Of a stretch of DNA of 64,000 bases, positions 1-10,059 are shown piece after piece. Below the pieces are notes generated by a model. It saw only the letters and a program-made list of their open reading frames with translations. It was not told the origin of the DNA and did no database searches. This DNA is from Pirellulales bacterium (GTDB taxonomy: Bacteria; Planctomycetota; Planctomycetia; Pirellulales; PALSA-1355). The number at the start of each line of letters is the position of its first letter. Within the stretch, counting starts at the first letter, position 1. The stretch covers positions 96,001 to 160,000 of the forward strand of contig CAVTBU010000008.1 of the NCBI GenBank assembly GCA_963733035.1, written 5' to 3'. The position numbers were made by a program, and so were the translations under genes.

Positions 1-2
1 TC

Positions 3-740
3 AGTCAAATCGTCGACCAGCTAAGCCCCGAGGCACAGCACCTTTTCTTCGGTTCGCAGATATTGGCAGTCAACTCCATCGCATACACGATCGGTCTAGG
101 ATACATCGTGGCGACGCGTTGGCGGCTCTTTGGAACCTTGATGCGATTGGCTCGGGCCGATAGCGTTGAACCACCGCCGTCGGTAGATCTGGTGCGACGC
201 TGTCTGCGTTTAGGTGCGGCCACGGCCTTGGTATCGGCGGCGCTGTGGGCCGTTTCCGGCTTTGTGTTTCCCACCTGGATGCGCTTCGGGGCAGGGGGGC
301 CTGGCCAGATCTCCGCCGCGAACTATGTCCACTTCATTGTGTCCAACATGCTGTGCGGTCTGATCGCGGCAACACAGAGCTACTACGTCGTCACATTTCT
401 CTCGGTGCGGGTTTGTTATCCCTGGCTCTTGCAGGCGCGACCGCCTGATGCCCGAGAACTGCCAGAACTCGCCAACCTGGCAAGAGTCGGACGCATCGTG
501 CTGGGACTTACCGTGGCGGTTCCATTTCTCGCCCTAGCGGCTTTGTTGCTGAAGGATGTCGACCGTAGCGTGATCGGCGCGATTGCGGCGACGGGCTTTT
601 TCGGTTGTGCGCTCGCCTACTGGCTCGATTTGGCCATTCGCGGCGACGTGAGCGCGTTGGCTACGGCCATCAACCCTTCCGGTGACGCCCTGCTGGCCGG
701 CGATTCCGTGGAATCGCTGTTGAACGGGTCGCGCCGGTAG
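3..740 (+). CDS. 5'-truncated multi-pass membrane protein, possibly the C-terminal membrane region of a planctomycete Ser/Thr kinase
   Basis: The frame is open from base 3 (SQIVDQLSPEAQH...) to TAG at 740 and has about 5 hydrophobic segments. The N-terminus lies outside the window, so the kinase link is by resemblance only. Confidence 0.6.
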   Translation, partial: SQIVDQLSPEAQHLFFGSQILAVNSIAYTIGLGYIVATRWRLFGTLMRLARADSVEPPPSVDLVRRCLRLGAATALVSAALWAVSGFVFPTWMRFGAGGPGQISAANYVHFIVSNMLCGLIAATQSYYVVTFLSVRVCYPWLLQARPPDARELPELANLARVGRIVLGLTVAVPFLALAALLLKDVDRSVIGAIAATGFFGCALAYWLDLAIRGDVSALATAINPSGDALLAGDSVESLLNGSRR

Positions 741-1007
741 AAGGGCGATGTCGCCCCTGGATTCTTGGCCTCGCCAGTGCCCGTGGTTCGCTGTGAGCGC
801 ACAAACTAAATGGCCCGCGTCGCAACTCATTAGTACAACCATTTTTACGCTCCGCGCATTGCGACCTAGACTTGCAGAGAGTATCGCGGCCCACCCAAGT
901 GTGGGCCGATCGCGGGTCGACGGCTTGCATGCGAGCCCATCGCCCGAGTTTCGTACACCGGCATTCACACTGCATACAGTTTTCTGATTTCTGAAAGGGC
1001 TCACGCC

Positions 1008-1607
1008 ATGAACGCCACGACCCCGTCGCCGCTTGGAACGCTTCGTCACGAACTCGAACACATGGGCCAACATTGGTGGTGGTTCCTTCTGCTGGGTGCG
1101 CTACTGGCCATCTGTGGCACGCTGGCAATCGTGTTTCCGCCGGTGATGGTGGGCACATCGATCGCCGTGCCGGTCGTGCTGGGAGTTCTGCTAATGATCG
1201 GCGGCATCGCGACAATCATCAGTTCCTTCTGGGCCGGTAAGTGGAGTGGATTCTTGCTGCAACTCCTGGTCGGCATCCTCTACCTGGCATGCGGGTTCGT
1301 GTTCACCGAAAATCCGTTTGAGTCGGCGCTCGCGCTAACGCTGTTTATTGCCATCGCGTTCATCGTGATGGGCATCTTCCGCACCACGGCGGCGTTGGTC
1401 ATTCAGTTTCCGCAATGGGGCTGGGCCCTGCTCAACGGTGTCATCACTTTCCTGGCCGGCGTCGTCATCTATCGCACTTTGCCCGAGGGGGCGCTATGGG
1501 TGATTGGATTGCTGATTGGCCTGGAAATGCTGTTCAACGGCTGGATGTGGATCATGCTCTCGTTGGCGCTGCGAAACTTGCACAAGCACGCCACCGCGTC
1601 GGCGTGA
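1008..1607 (+). CDS. HdeD/DUF308 family membrane protein
   Basis: 199 aa, about 6 TM segments, with the WWWFLLLG start and the WGWALLNG and WVIGLLIGLEMLFNG motifs typical of the family. Confidence 0.88.
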   Translation: MNATTPSPLGTLRHELEHMGQHWWWFLLLGALLAICGTLAIVFPPVMVGTSIAVPVVLGVLLMIGGIATIISSFWAGKWSGFLLQLLVGILYLACGFVFTENPFESALALTLFIAIAFIVMGIFRTTAALVIQFPQWGWALLNGVITFLAGVVIYRTLPEGALWVIGLLIGLEMLFNGWMWIMLSLALRNLHKHATASA

Positions 1608-1651
1608 CTTTATGCTTTCCACGATCAATTCTCGTATCAAGGGTTCTCACG

Positions 1652-2593
1652 ATGCATTTGGTTAGTTTCTTCAAAGGCGCGGCATACCTGACCGCAACCG
1701 TCGCCATCCTGTCATCGGCCGCGGCCGTTCGCGCCAATGATTCGGTTGAGAAGGCGAATCCTGCTGCACAGAGCAACGAGGACGAAGCCGCCATTCGCGC
1801 ATCGGCAAAGGCCTACGAAAAGGCCTTCGCCGACGCCGACGCTAAAGCCCTGGCGGCAATGTTTGCCGAGGATGGCGAGCTGATCGACGTAACGGGACGC
1901 ACCTTCAAGGGACGCGACGAACTCGAACAGGACTTCGCCGCGATCTTTGCCGATCGGCCAGGGGCGAAGGTCGAGGTGCAAATCGACTCGATCAAGTTCC
2001 TCAGTCCCGATGTCGCCATCGAAACCGGCATTGCCAAGGGACAATCGAACTCGCGTCCGGCTGGCCCGCCGACAAAGTACACGGCCGTGCACGCGAAGCG
2101 CAACGGCAAGTGGCTGCTCACGAACGTGAACGAGTCTCACCCAGCGACCTCCAACGATTCCGAGCAACTCGCCGATCTGAGCTTTCTTATCGGTGAGTGG
2201 AAAGCCGACCTGGGCGCCGGCAAGGTCTACCAAATGCGTTGCGAATGGATGCCCGAAAAGAGTTTCCTGAAGCGGTCTTTCAACGTACAGGAAAACGGGA
2301 AGGAACTCAGTGCTGGCACGCAGATTATCGGCTACGACCCGCTGGCGGACCAGATCGTCTCCTGGACGTTTGACTCCAGTGGCGGATTCGGTCACGAAAT
2401 GTGGGACGATCAAGGTGGTCGCTGGCGGGTCACTGCCTCAAGCATTCTGCCCGACGGCAGCACCAGCCTGGCCACGAACTATCTGACCAAGGGGGACAAC
2501 AATTCGTTTACCTGGCAGAGCGTCGAGCGCAGCCTGAACGACCAGCTGTTACCCGACACGACCGTCGTGCGTGTCGAGCGGGTTTCCGAATAG
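1652..2593 (+). CDS. Secreted SgcJ/EcaC (DUF4440, NTF2-like) domain protein
   Basis: Signal peptide, then DEAAIRA...YEKAF...DAKALAAMFAEDG...FLSPDVAIETG...YTAVHAKRNGKW, then a second domain beginning LADLSFLIGEW. ATG at 1652 chosen as the start. Confidence 0.82.
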   Translation: MHLVSFFKGAAYLTATVAILSSAAAVRANDSVEKANPAAQSNEDEAAIRASAKAYEKAFADADAKALAAMFAEDGELIDVTGRTFKGRDELEQDFAAIFADRPGAKVEVQIDSIKFLSPDVAIETGIAKGQSNSRPAGPPTKYTAVHAKRNGKWLLTNVNESHPATSNDSEQLADLSFLIGEWKADLGAGKVYQMRCEWMPEKSFLKRSFNVQENGKELSAGTQIIGYDPLADQIVSWTFDSSGGFGHEMWDDQGGRWRVTASSILPDGSTSLATNYLTKGDNNSFTWQSVERSLNDQLLPDTTVVRVERVSE

Positions 2594-2659
2594 GGTACGG
2601 CGGCAGATTCTGTATTTCCAGCAAACATCATTTTCTCATGCGTGCGTAAGGAGTTTCTC

Positions 2660-3775
2660 ATGTTGAAGACGGCAACGACACTGGTCGCCGCCTTGGCTCT
2701 ACTGGTTGGTTCGACGCAGCCTTGTGCGGCCCGCGGCGGTGGCGGATTCCACGGCGGTGGCGGCGGTTTCCACGGCGGTGGGTTCGGTGGTGGTGGCTAT
2801 CGAGGCGGTGGATTTGGTGGCGCTGGCTTCGGGGGCTATCGTGGCGGCGGCTTCGGTGGTTACGGCGGCGGCATTGACGGCTTCCGGGGTGCGGGCGGAC
2901 CTCGCAACTTTGGTCCCGGACTCGATAGTTTCAACGGCTTACGCGGCGGCGGTTTCGACCGCGGCTCGTTCGCCGGCGACCGCAGCTTCGGGCAACACGC
3001 CAATTTGCCGAGCGACTTCGGCTTCGGCCACGCGGGTGCCCGTAATTATCTGCCGGCCGGCCATGCCACTCATGCCTGGTCGAACAACGCGATGCGCGAC
3101 CGAGGAAACACGGTTCGCAATAACTTCTGGAACCACAATTACTTCAACAATAACTGGTGGCATAACCATCCCGGCGCTTGGTTTGCCGCAGGCTGGGGCG
3201 TCGGTTCCGCTTGGGCCTGGTCCACCTGGCCCGCGCTGGGCGCCTGGTATGGTTGGGGTGGCGGTGTGGCACCGATTTACTACGACTATGGGACCAACGT
3301 CGTCTACGACGGTGACGAGGTCTACTACGGCGATCAACCCACTGCCTCGGCCGACGAGTACTACCAGCAGGCTCAGGCCATCGCCAACAACGCCCAGGAC
3401 ACGGACCCCAACCAGGGAGAGTGGACTCCGCTGGGTGTGTTCGGCCTGGTACAGGGAGAGCAATCCAGCGCCACCGCGTTGTTCCAACTGGCGACCAACA
3501 AGAGCGGTACGATCGCCGGCAACTTCTGCGACATGCTAAGCGGCAACACGCTGCAGGTCGAGGGATCGGTTGACGAGAAGACGCAACGAGCCGCCTGGAC
3601 CGTGGGCGACAACAAAGACACGGTCTACGAAGCGGGTATTGTCAACCTCACTCAGGACGAGGCGCCCGTGTTGGTGCACTTTGGCAAGGACCGGACGCAA
3701 CAATGGATGCTGGTACGGATGAAGCAGCCGGATCAAGCGCAGCAACAGCAAGCGCCCGCACCGCAACAGCAATAG
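2660..3775 (+). CDS. Secreted Gly-rich planctomycete protein ('protocadherin-like' cell-surface family)
   Basis: AAGGAG RBS and a signal peptide, then GGGF/GGYR low-complexity repeats, an N/W/H-rich segment, a YYDYG motif and a C-terminal domain (WTPLGVFGL...QRAAWTVG...LVHFGKDRTQQWMLVR). Confidence 0.8.
   Translation: MLKTATTLVAALALLVGSTQPCAARGGGGFHGGGGGFHGGGFGGGGYRGGGFGGAGFGGYRGGGFGGYGGGIDGFRGAGGPRNFGPGLDSFNGLRGGGFDRGSFAGDRSFGQHANLPSDFGFGHAGARNYLPAGHATHAWSNNAMRDRGNTVRNNFWNHNYFNNNWWHNHPGAWFAAGWGVGSAWAWSTWPALGAWYGWGGGVAPIYYDYGTNVVYDGDEVYYGDQPTASADEYYQQAQAIANNAQDTDPNQGEWTPLGVFGLVQGEQSSATALFQLATNKSGTIAGNFCDMLSGNTLQVEGSVDEKTQRAAWTVGDNKDTVYEAGIVNLTQDEAPVLVHFGKDRTQQWMLVRMKQPDQAQQQQAPAPQQQ
2733..2960 (+). 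repeat. Coding low-complexity Gly repeats (GGGGFH / GGYRGGGF)
   Basis: Imperfect tandem ggcggtggcgg(a/t)ttccac and ggctatcgNggcgg units. Confidence 0.75.
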
Positions 3776-3798
3776 GCGGTGCGCTGTTGAGACCGGTC

Positions 3799-3841
3799 AA
3801 GAGGGTCGGGAGCCTAACGGCTGCCGACCCTCTTCGTTTTT
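3799..3841 (+). terminator. Intrinsic terminator between convergent genes
   Basis: AAGAGGGTCGG...CCGACCCTCTT stem followed by CGTTTTT. Confidence 0.75.
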
Positions 3842-3874
3842 GGTGGCCAATTCTAATTGCTATTCGCCACACGA

Positions 3875-4247
3875 CTAGGTCTTTTCCGGCGGTCGTTGTC
3901 CGCGTGCGAACTGCTTCAAGTCGTTGCGCGCCTTGTCCCACTGGCCGGCTCGCGCTGGCGATGACGCCCGTCAAGATCTCGAACGAATCGTCCGCCATCT
4001 TGCCGTCGACGTGCAACTGTTCGATGACTTTCGCACTGGTATCGATGAACTGAATGTCTTGGGCCGTGACCGCAGTCCACAGACCGTCGGCAGCCCCCAG
4101 GCACTCTTCACTACCCAGTTGCGGCGTGCTTCCGCAGCCCCACAGCAAAAGCGCGACGAGTGGAACCGCAACCACACAGAAACGGGGAACCCGCGGTCGC
4201 CACGTTCGCTCTGGAACCGATTTGCAACCTTCATTGCTCGCCATCAT
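3875..4247 (-). pseudogene. Small lipoprotein downstream of the DUF1559 gene, frameshifted near 3950-3955 (probably a sequencing error)
   Basis: Lipobox LLLWGC then GSTPQLGSEECL...ILTGVIASA. Restoring 2 nt in the GCGCG run gives ...ARAGQWDKARNDLKQFARGQRPPEKT* ending at 3875, which avoids overlap with the convergent gene. Confidence 0.6.
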
Positions 4248-5298
4248 AGGAAACCATTTCTTCCCCGTTGCGGGTCGATAGGGCGACAAACGTCAGGGGA
4301 TGAATTGCCTCGCTCATGAACTTAACCGAGCCGTCGCCGAACAAGATGTTGGCGCCCTCGGGGTGTTCGGCGTACATCTCGTCCGTATGGCCAAATGGAT
4401 TGTTCGGAGCGTGAATGATGACCTGGGGCCGATCGTGCGTGTCCGGTCCGCTGTGCGCTGCAACAAGCGCGCCGCCGCTATTGCAAGCCGAGGGAAACGG
4501 AAACTTTGGACAAGTCACTGAGTACGGCACCACCCCCACCCAAGTCTTGTTGCTCAGGACGGAGCTATGTTCACCAATAAAAATGGTGGTGGACAGTCCG
4601 TCCGTGATGTTTTTAGCCCGCAATTTGGCGTTGCGATAAAACGGGCCATCGATCGTGGCGATGTACGTCTGTCCTCCGGCACTTACGGTTTCAGGCTTCG
4701 TGAAATCCGTGAACTCGGTCACGCGTCCCCAGGGCTGGTGGATTCCCGCGTTCGTTACGTAGTGCGAATGCGCGAAGAAGATCTCGGGGTCATACGGCGT
4801 GTTCGAAAGCGAAGGGTCCCAGGCGTCGCCTTGTCCGCGGTCCACAACAAAGCCGTCGCTGCCACCAGAAGCGGACGGGCAGAGAAACACCTCGACGCGG
4901 GTTTTTGCCGCAGCGGCGTTCTCAGGCGCCCAACAGGCTAACTTCATGTTGAACTGCCAAGTCAGATTCGACTCCTCCAGAAACGGCAGAATCAATGTTC
5001 CCCAGGCAAAGCCGGACGGGCCATTGGCGTTTCCATCCGGAAAACCAACGCCGGCAATGGTGCCGGTGGCATAGGGACTACCGATGTAGGCGGGCGGATA
5101 TACACCTTGCACGTCGTGGTAGGTTTGGATTGCCAGTCCAAGCTGATGCAGGTTGCTCGAACATTGCGTGCGCCGTGCTGCTTCACGCGCCGCTTGTATC
5201 GCCGGCAAGAGCAAAGCGACCAGAATACCCATAATCGCAATGACGATCAGCAGCTCGACGAGGCTGAAACCCGCTATTCGGTTGGCGGTCGCCGGCAT
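4231..5298 (-). CDS. DUF1559 prepilin-type N-terminal cleavage/methylation domain protein
   Basis: GFSLVELLIVIAIMGILVALLLPAIQAAREAARRTQCSSNL, FLCPS, ITDGLSTTIFIGE and the H-X9-DG motif HPEGANILFGDGSV. Confidence 0.93.
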   Translation of the reverse strand: MPATANRIAGFSLVELLIVIAIMGILVALLLPAIQAAREAARRTQCSSNLHQLGLAIQTYHDVQGVYPPAYIGSPYATGTIAGVGFPDGNANGPSGFAWGTLILPFLEESNLTWQFNMKLACWAPENAAAAKTRVEVFLCPSASGGSDGFVVDRGQGDAWDPSLSNTPYDPEIFFAHSHYVTNAGIHQPWGRVTEFTDFTKPETVSAGGQTYIATIDGPFYRNAKLRAKNITDGLSTTIFIGEHSSVLSNKTWVGVVPYSVTCPKFPFPSACNSGGALVAAHSGPDTHDRPQVIIHAPNNPFGHTDEMYAEHPEGANILFGDGSVKFMSEAIHPLTFVALSTRNGEEMVSYDGEQ

Positions 5299-5384
5299 GC
5301 GGATTTCGCCAGACCGCTTCGACTGACCCTGGAGCTGGGGCGAAAATTCAGGCATTTGGCGCTGCTTTCCGATCGACCTATTCG

Positions 5385-5433
5385 TTGAAATACCGCCTTT
5401 CAAGCAGCTTAGCAGGTATTTTTGTCTACGCAA
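5385..5433 (-). promoter_or_regulatory. Sigma70-like promoter (TTGCGT-16-TAAGCT) with a TTGAAA-N7-TTTCAA palindrome over the predicted start site
   Basis: AT-rich intergenic region. The -35 is at 5428-5433, the -10 at 5406-5411 and the palindrome at 5385-5403. Confidence 0.45.
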
Positions 5434-5519
5434 CAACATTATTTTGGCTTACAAAAAATTAAGCTGAGGAGCCCCGGGACGCTGCAATTCCAGGTCTCCG
5501 AACGCTGACGCCGGTACGG

Positions 5520-6704
5520 CTAGCGAGAACTGCCGCTCATGACGCCGCCGCTCACTGTGGCGCGAATGCGTAGCTGGCCACCAGCTCCGCTTGAGGCATC
5601 CGGCAAATCAAAGAACGTGATGTCAGCCGAATCGCCCAGTTCCAGGCGAACCGGTTTGAGCCCCAGCAGGCGAGCCGGGTGCTCGGTCGCCATTTCAACC
5701 GCCGTGGCCAGATCAACCCCAGCAAAGCGCATTACGTTGGCAATGCCGTCTCCGATCGGCCGCGACGCCCCGGCCAGTAGCTGATCTTGTCCGGCAATCA
5801 CCAGCCGGCCGTCGGCCAAGATCTCGAGTTCACAAAGCTCCGTGTCGTAACGTCCCGGCGGAAGCCCCGCCAGGCCGGACAAGTCGCTCACCAAAATACA
5901 GCGACTGGGAGTCTTGGCACGGACTAGCGACTGCACCACTTCCGGCGGAAGGTGGTGCCCATCGACGATCAGACTCGCCATTAGCCGGTCCTCTGCCAAT
6001 TGGTCCCACAGGTAGTTGGGATGCCGACGAAGCATGCGATGCGCGCCATTGCCCAGGTGCGTGCTCAAACGGGCTCCAGCGTCGACGGCGGCTCGGATCT
6101 GTGCTGAATCGGCGGCCGTGTGTCCGATCGAAACGACCACGCCGCTGTCGACCGCACGACGAATGAACTCGGGCGATTGTGGATACTCGGGAGATAGTGT
6201 GAGCAGTCGCAAGCGTCCGTCGGCCGCCTCCTGAAACCGCTGGAACTCCTCCCAATCCGGTGGTCGGCAGTGCGTCAGCGGATGCGCGCCTCGCGGACCG
6301 TCCTCGCTGGCGATGTACGGCCCCTCAAGATGAATGCCGGGTGCGATATGGTCCACGTCCGACCGTTGGTGGCAAGCCGCGGCGATCGTTCGCAGGCTAT
6401 GTACGATCGTGTCGAAGCTTGCCGTGGTCACCGTCGGCAGAAACTGCGTCACGCCGAATTCAGCCTGCCGCATCGCAATTGCAACGACCTTTTCGATCGT
6501 CAGTGCAGGTGAGGCGAATTCCTGTCCGCCATACCCGTTGCTCTGAATGTCGATAAACCCCGGCGCCAGCCACGGCAGGGGACCAGCAGATTCGGATCGC
6601 TGGCGCACGCCGGTAATTCTGCCGTCGCCGACATCAAGCTGAATGGGCAGCCCGGTGCGATAGTGACGTCCGGAAAGCTGGAAGGTTTCGCCGCGATTCA
6701 TCAA
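5520..6704 (-). CDS. nagA: N-acetylglucosamine-6-phosphate deacetylase
   Basis: PGFIDIQSNG, GIHLEGPY, GAH, SIGHT, THLGNG, IVDGHH, LVSD and LAG motifs. Confidence 0.9.
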   Translation of the reverse strand: MMNRGETFQLSGRHYRTGLPIQLDVGDGRITGVRQRSESAGPLPWLAPGFIDIQSNGYGGQEFASPALTIEKVVAIAMRQAEFGVTQFLPTVTTASFDTIVHSLRTIAAACHQRSDVDHIAPGIHLEGPYIASEDGPRGAHPLTHCRPPDWEEFQRFQEAADGRLRLLTLSPEYPQSPEFIRRAVDSGVVVSIGHTAADSAQIRAAVDAGARLSTHLGNGAHRMLRRHPNYLWDQLAEDRLMASLIVDGHHLPPEVVQSLVRAKTPSRCILVSDLSGLAGLPPGRYDTELCELEILADGRLVIAGQDQLLAGASRPIGDGIANVMRFAGVDLATAVEMATEHPARLLGLKPVRLELGDSADITFFDLPDASSGAGGQLRIRATVSGGVMSGSSR

Positions 6705-6824
6705 GCCGCCATTGATGCGGTGTCAGGAGTCCGAGCCGTTTATCGTAGTAGCCCAGCCCTGCCCGCCGCAACCGCCCGCGCGTTCCAACGACGGAGCTGC
6801 CAACGCACGAGCGGCGTGTTGCCG

Positions 6825-7244
6825 TCAGTAGCGATCTGCGTTCGGGTGCAGCACGACATACGGCGGGTAGACGCGCCAGCGGTTGGGATCGTAGGTGTTG
6901 GAACCCCAGAATGCCGACTGGTAACCGCCCAACATCGGCGTCGAGGTCACATAGGGCCGAGAGTTGTTGATGCCGTACCATTTTTGCGAGGCCAGGCGTG
7001 CGGCCCGCTGCATCCCCTTGAGCTCGGCCTTGCGGCGAACGGCCATTTTAGGACTCTCGTAGCGTTCACGCTCGCGCTCGTAGAGCCACATTTCCGGCGA
7101 TTGCGGAGTTGCGGCACTCGGTTGTTGAGCCGCAGGGGCAGGGGGCGCGTCACGACGTACATCGAACGGCGAATCCTGAGCGAAACTCGGAACTGCCCAC
7201 AGAACAATCAACAGCGACAGCGGTATCCAGGTGGGACGACGCAT
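6825..7244 (-). CDS. Secreted hypothetical protein
   Basis: AAAGGAG RBS and a signal peptide ending SFA-Q, followed by EMWLYE...QRAARLASQKWYG. Confidence 0.7.
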   Translation of the reverse strand: MRRPTWIPLSLLIVLWAVPSFAQDSPFDVRRDAPPAPAAQQPSAATPQSPEMWLYERERERYESPKMAVRRKAELKGMQRAARLASQKWYGINNSRPYVTSTPMLGGYQSAFWGSNTYDPNRWRVYPPYVVLHPNADRY

Positions 7245-7533
7245 CGGTATGTCTCCTTTGCAGCGTGCCTGCTCGATGAAAGCGTACACGCCACCAACTG
7301 AAATGGGTCTCGGCCGTCGTTACGGAGTCTTGCGCGGCGCGGGTTGCCGCTTTCCGGTCAACTGCCTTCGTCTCTGCGATCCTCAACGATGGGAACTTCG
7401 GCCGACGTCGGTAATCGTGCGGGAAATACCGCCGCCCCTTGGTCGGAAAGGCGCGCACTCAGCGGGCATCTTCCCTCCGAAGTCTAGCACGGGACTCGCT
7501 ATTAGGGCTTTCGGCGCGACAAGGGCTACGAGA

Positions 7534-8423
7534 TTAAGCGATTTTACGTGCCACGGCGCGGATCCGAATTGCACGACCATCATATCGGTGCTGCGATGGC
7601 GGCACTATAATTGCCAGCGGCGCTGATGGCGGTTGGATAAATACTCGATAGCTTCGCGCGTCGGGAACTACTAGCACGTAGACGATGTCACCCGACCGCC
7701 AGTACGAGATGGCCTGGCCGGCCGCGTCAGACAGGGGTGAAACGGGCGGCGTACTCGAGAGATCGGCCCGAGGCATACGAGCCACATAGAGCATGGCCTT
7801 GGTCTTACCGTGGACCAATTCGTAGGCCACTACCTGCGTTGGCGTATACGCCCGATCCATTGCCAGCGGCTGGGTGGCACCCGAACCGCACCGGGCACTG
7901 GGAAATTTCTGGGCGACGTCTTCGCCGGTTGCCACTTATTGGTCAGTTCATCGTGCCAGTGCGCTGCAAGTTGATCAAGTGGCAGATCGCTCCCCCACTG
8001 CAGCCAGTAGCCGACGACCACGACGAGCACCGCGGCCGCGATGACCGAAAGCGAAGCGCCCGCCCAATGCCGACGCTGCCAAATACTACGCGGGGCCGCC
8101 AGATCCACGGTACCGCTTTCCACGGGTGTCGCCTCGTGTGCCGCGCTCACCACGTTGTTCAGTAGCGACTGCGACAAACCTCCCAATGGTGACTCGCTTT
8201 GCGCCTCAAGCCGAGTCAAAATCCGCTGGGCCAAGTCCGCGGGCACCGGAATTTGTTCAAGCGATGCACCGATGGCGACGTCCCACTTCTGCACTCGCTG
8301 GCGCGTCAGCTCGGCGTCGGCGTCCTGCCGAATCGCCTCCGCCGTATCGGCCAAGTCCGAATCGAGCAAATCGTCACTGCCGGGCCGGCAAGCCTCGATT
8401 CCCTCACGAATGCGTTTGTCCAT
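7534..8423 (-). pseudogene. Putative anti-sigma factor (1 TM), split by a 1-nt frameshift at about 7851-7853 (likely a homopolymer error)
   Basis: Lies directly downstream of the ECF sigma gene. ORF 7830-8423 has IPVPADLAQRIL and a TM helix. Adding one G (ATC GGG GCG TAT) fuses it in frame with ORF 7534-7935. Confidence 0.65.
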
Positions 8424-8448
8424 TGGAAGCTCGTCTATATCCCCAGGG

Positions 8449-9021
8449 TTACCTTCGGGTGACCGTGGGGTGGTGGTACGTTGGACCGGCCAGCGGAGAG
8501 TCTACAGCTCTCGCACGGGCCGACTCGGTCTTGTTTGGCTCCGACAACCGCTCACGCAAATGCGCTTTCGCACGCGCCAGGCGGCTCATCACGGTTCCCA
8601 GGGGAATTTCCAGCGTTTCGGCAATCTCTCGGTAAGATCGGTGTTCGTAATAAAACAACAAAACGACTAATTTGAACTCGTCTCCCAGGGTGTCGATGGC
8701 GGCCTGCAACTCCTGGCTGTCGATCGGTTCGGCCGGCGGCTCCTCGGGGATTTTGTTGACGTCCAGGTCGGCAATCGGCAAACCTAGTCCTTTGCGTCGG
8801 CCCTTCAAATAGCAGTTACGCAACACTGTAAACAACCAGCCGCGTACGCTGTCGGCATTGCGCACCTGGTCCAACTTCTGGTGGGCGACAAGGAAGACCT
8901 GTTGGGTCAAGTCCTCGGCATCCGACGTCGAACCGCTGAGCCGGTAGGCATAACGGTACAACGCTTCGTGATAGTCCGCGACCAATTTGGCAACCGCCAA
9001 CGGCGCAGCACGATCAGCCAT
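8449..9021 (-). CDS. ECF-family RNA polymerase sigma factor
   Basis: LYRYAYRL...DAEDLTQQVF...WLFTVLRN (region 2) and SYREIAETLEIPLGTVMSRLARA (region 4). Confidence 0.93.
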   Translation of the reverse strand: MADRAAPLAVAKLVADYHEALYRYAYRLSGSTSDAEDLTQQVFLVAHQKLDQVRNADSVRGWLFTVLRNCYLKGRRKGLGLPIADLDVNKIPEEPPAEPIDSQELQAAIDTLGDEFKLVVLLFYYEHRSYREIAETLEIPLGTVMSRLARAKAHLRERLSEPNKTESARARAVDSPLAGPTYHHPTVTRR

Positions 9022-9491
9022 GGTTCGCCCTTCCAGTTTCTAAGAGGCCCGACGCCAACGATTTATTCCCGATCGGGCAAATTCAGTTCCGACATGATCG
9101 CCAGCCCCGACCAGAGGCCCATCGCGTGCCGCCAATCGGATCGCGAAATTCCGGTCGTGCCCCAGCTAGCCCGTTGCTAGCGGAAGAGTACGCTTTTGCG
9201 CCGGTAAGTATACCGTGCTGGCATTCCAATCCCAGTTTTTGTCCGCGCATCCGTCCTGGTTTTGGTTAGCTGCATCCATTTGCAAGTTCGGCGGCAACAG
9301 GGCAATCTTGGCAATTTCAACGCCCCCCCCTGCACTTGTCGGTCCGAGAGCTCCAAGTCAATGCAAAATCAGGGTTTGAGGCCATCACCCGGGCCGCTAC
9401 ACTCCGCCGGGACGCAGCGAGGGCCCAGGCGCACCCGCGATCTGCCGGTCGGTCGACCACTTTTCGCATCTTTGCATGGAAAGGAAACCAC

Positions 9492-9893
9492 ATGAACGTC
9501 AGAACTTGGACCATGTTGGCGTTGCTTGCCACGTTGCATGTCGGATGTGGCAAACAGGAAACACCGCCCGCCGCCGCGCGGCCCGCGGACAACATCGAGC
9601 AACTCGCCACCGATACGCAACACGCCGTCGAACGCCAAGCTCGCCGCGTCCAGGATGACTGGGACAGGTTCGCCCGCGATGCGAAGGGCGAGGTGCAACG
9701 AAGCCGAGACAAGATCGATTCGCAACTCAAAAAACAGCATGACGAAATGGCCGAATTTGCCGCTCAGATGGCGGAAGACGCCAAAGATCGCGCCCTCGAC
9801 ATCCCGGATGTTCTGGACGAGTTTTTTGGCGCGCCCACGGACGAACAGAAGCGTCGGTCCCCGGGAGATCGCACCGAGAGCCGTCAACGATAG
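9492..9893 (+). CDS. Lipoprotein with a helical/coiled-coil body
   Basis: AAGGA RBS, lipobox LHVGC and a charged amphipathic sequence. Confidence 0.7.
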   Translation: MNVRTWTMLALLATLHVGCGKQETPPAAARPADNIEQLATDTQHAVERQARRVQDDWDRFARDAKGEVQRSRDKIDSQLKKQHDEMAEFAAQMAEDAKDRALDIPDVLDEFFGAPTDEQKRRSPGDRTESRQR

Positions 9894-10059
9894 CGCCCTA
9901 TGCCGACTCTCCCATCTACCCAGCCTATCCTGCTTGGCATTGCCGAGAAAAATTCGCAGTACGGGAATAAACAGCTGGCATGGTGGATCGTTGTACATAG
10001 AGACCAAGCAGGGAGGTCCTGCGTGGGCTGAATATGACAATTGAGACGGAAGGTGCGTC

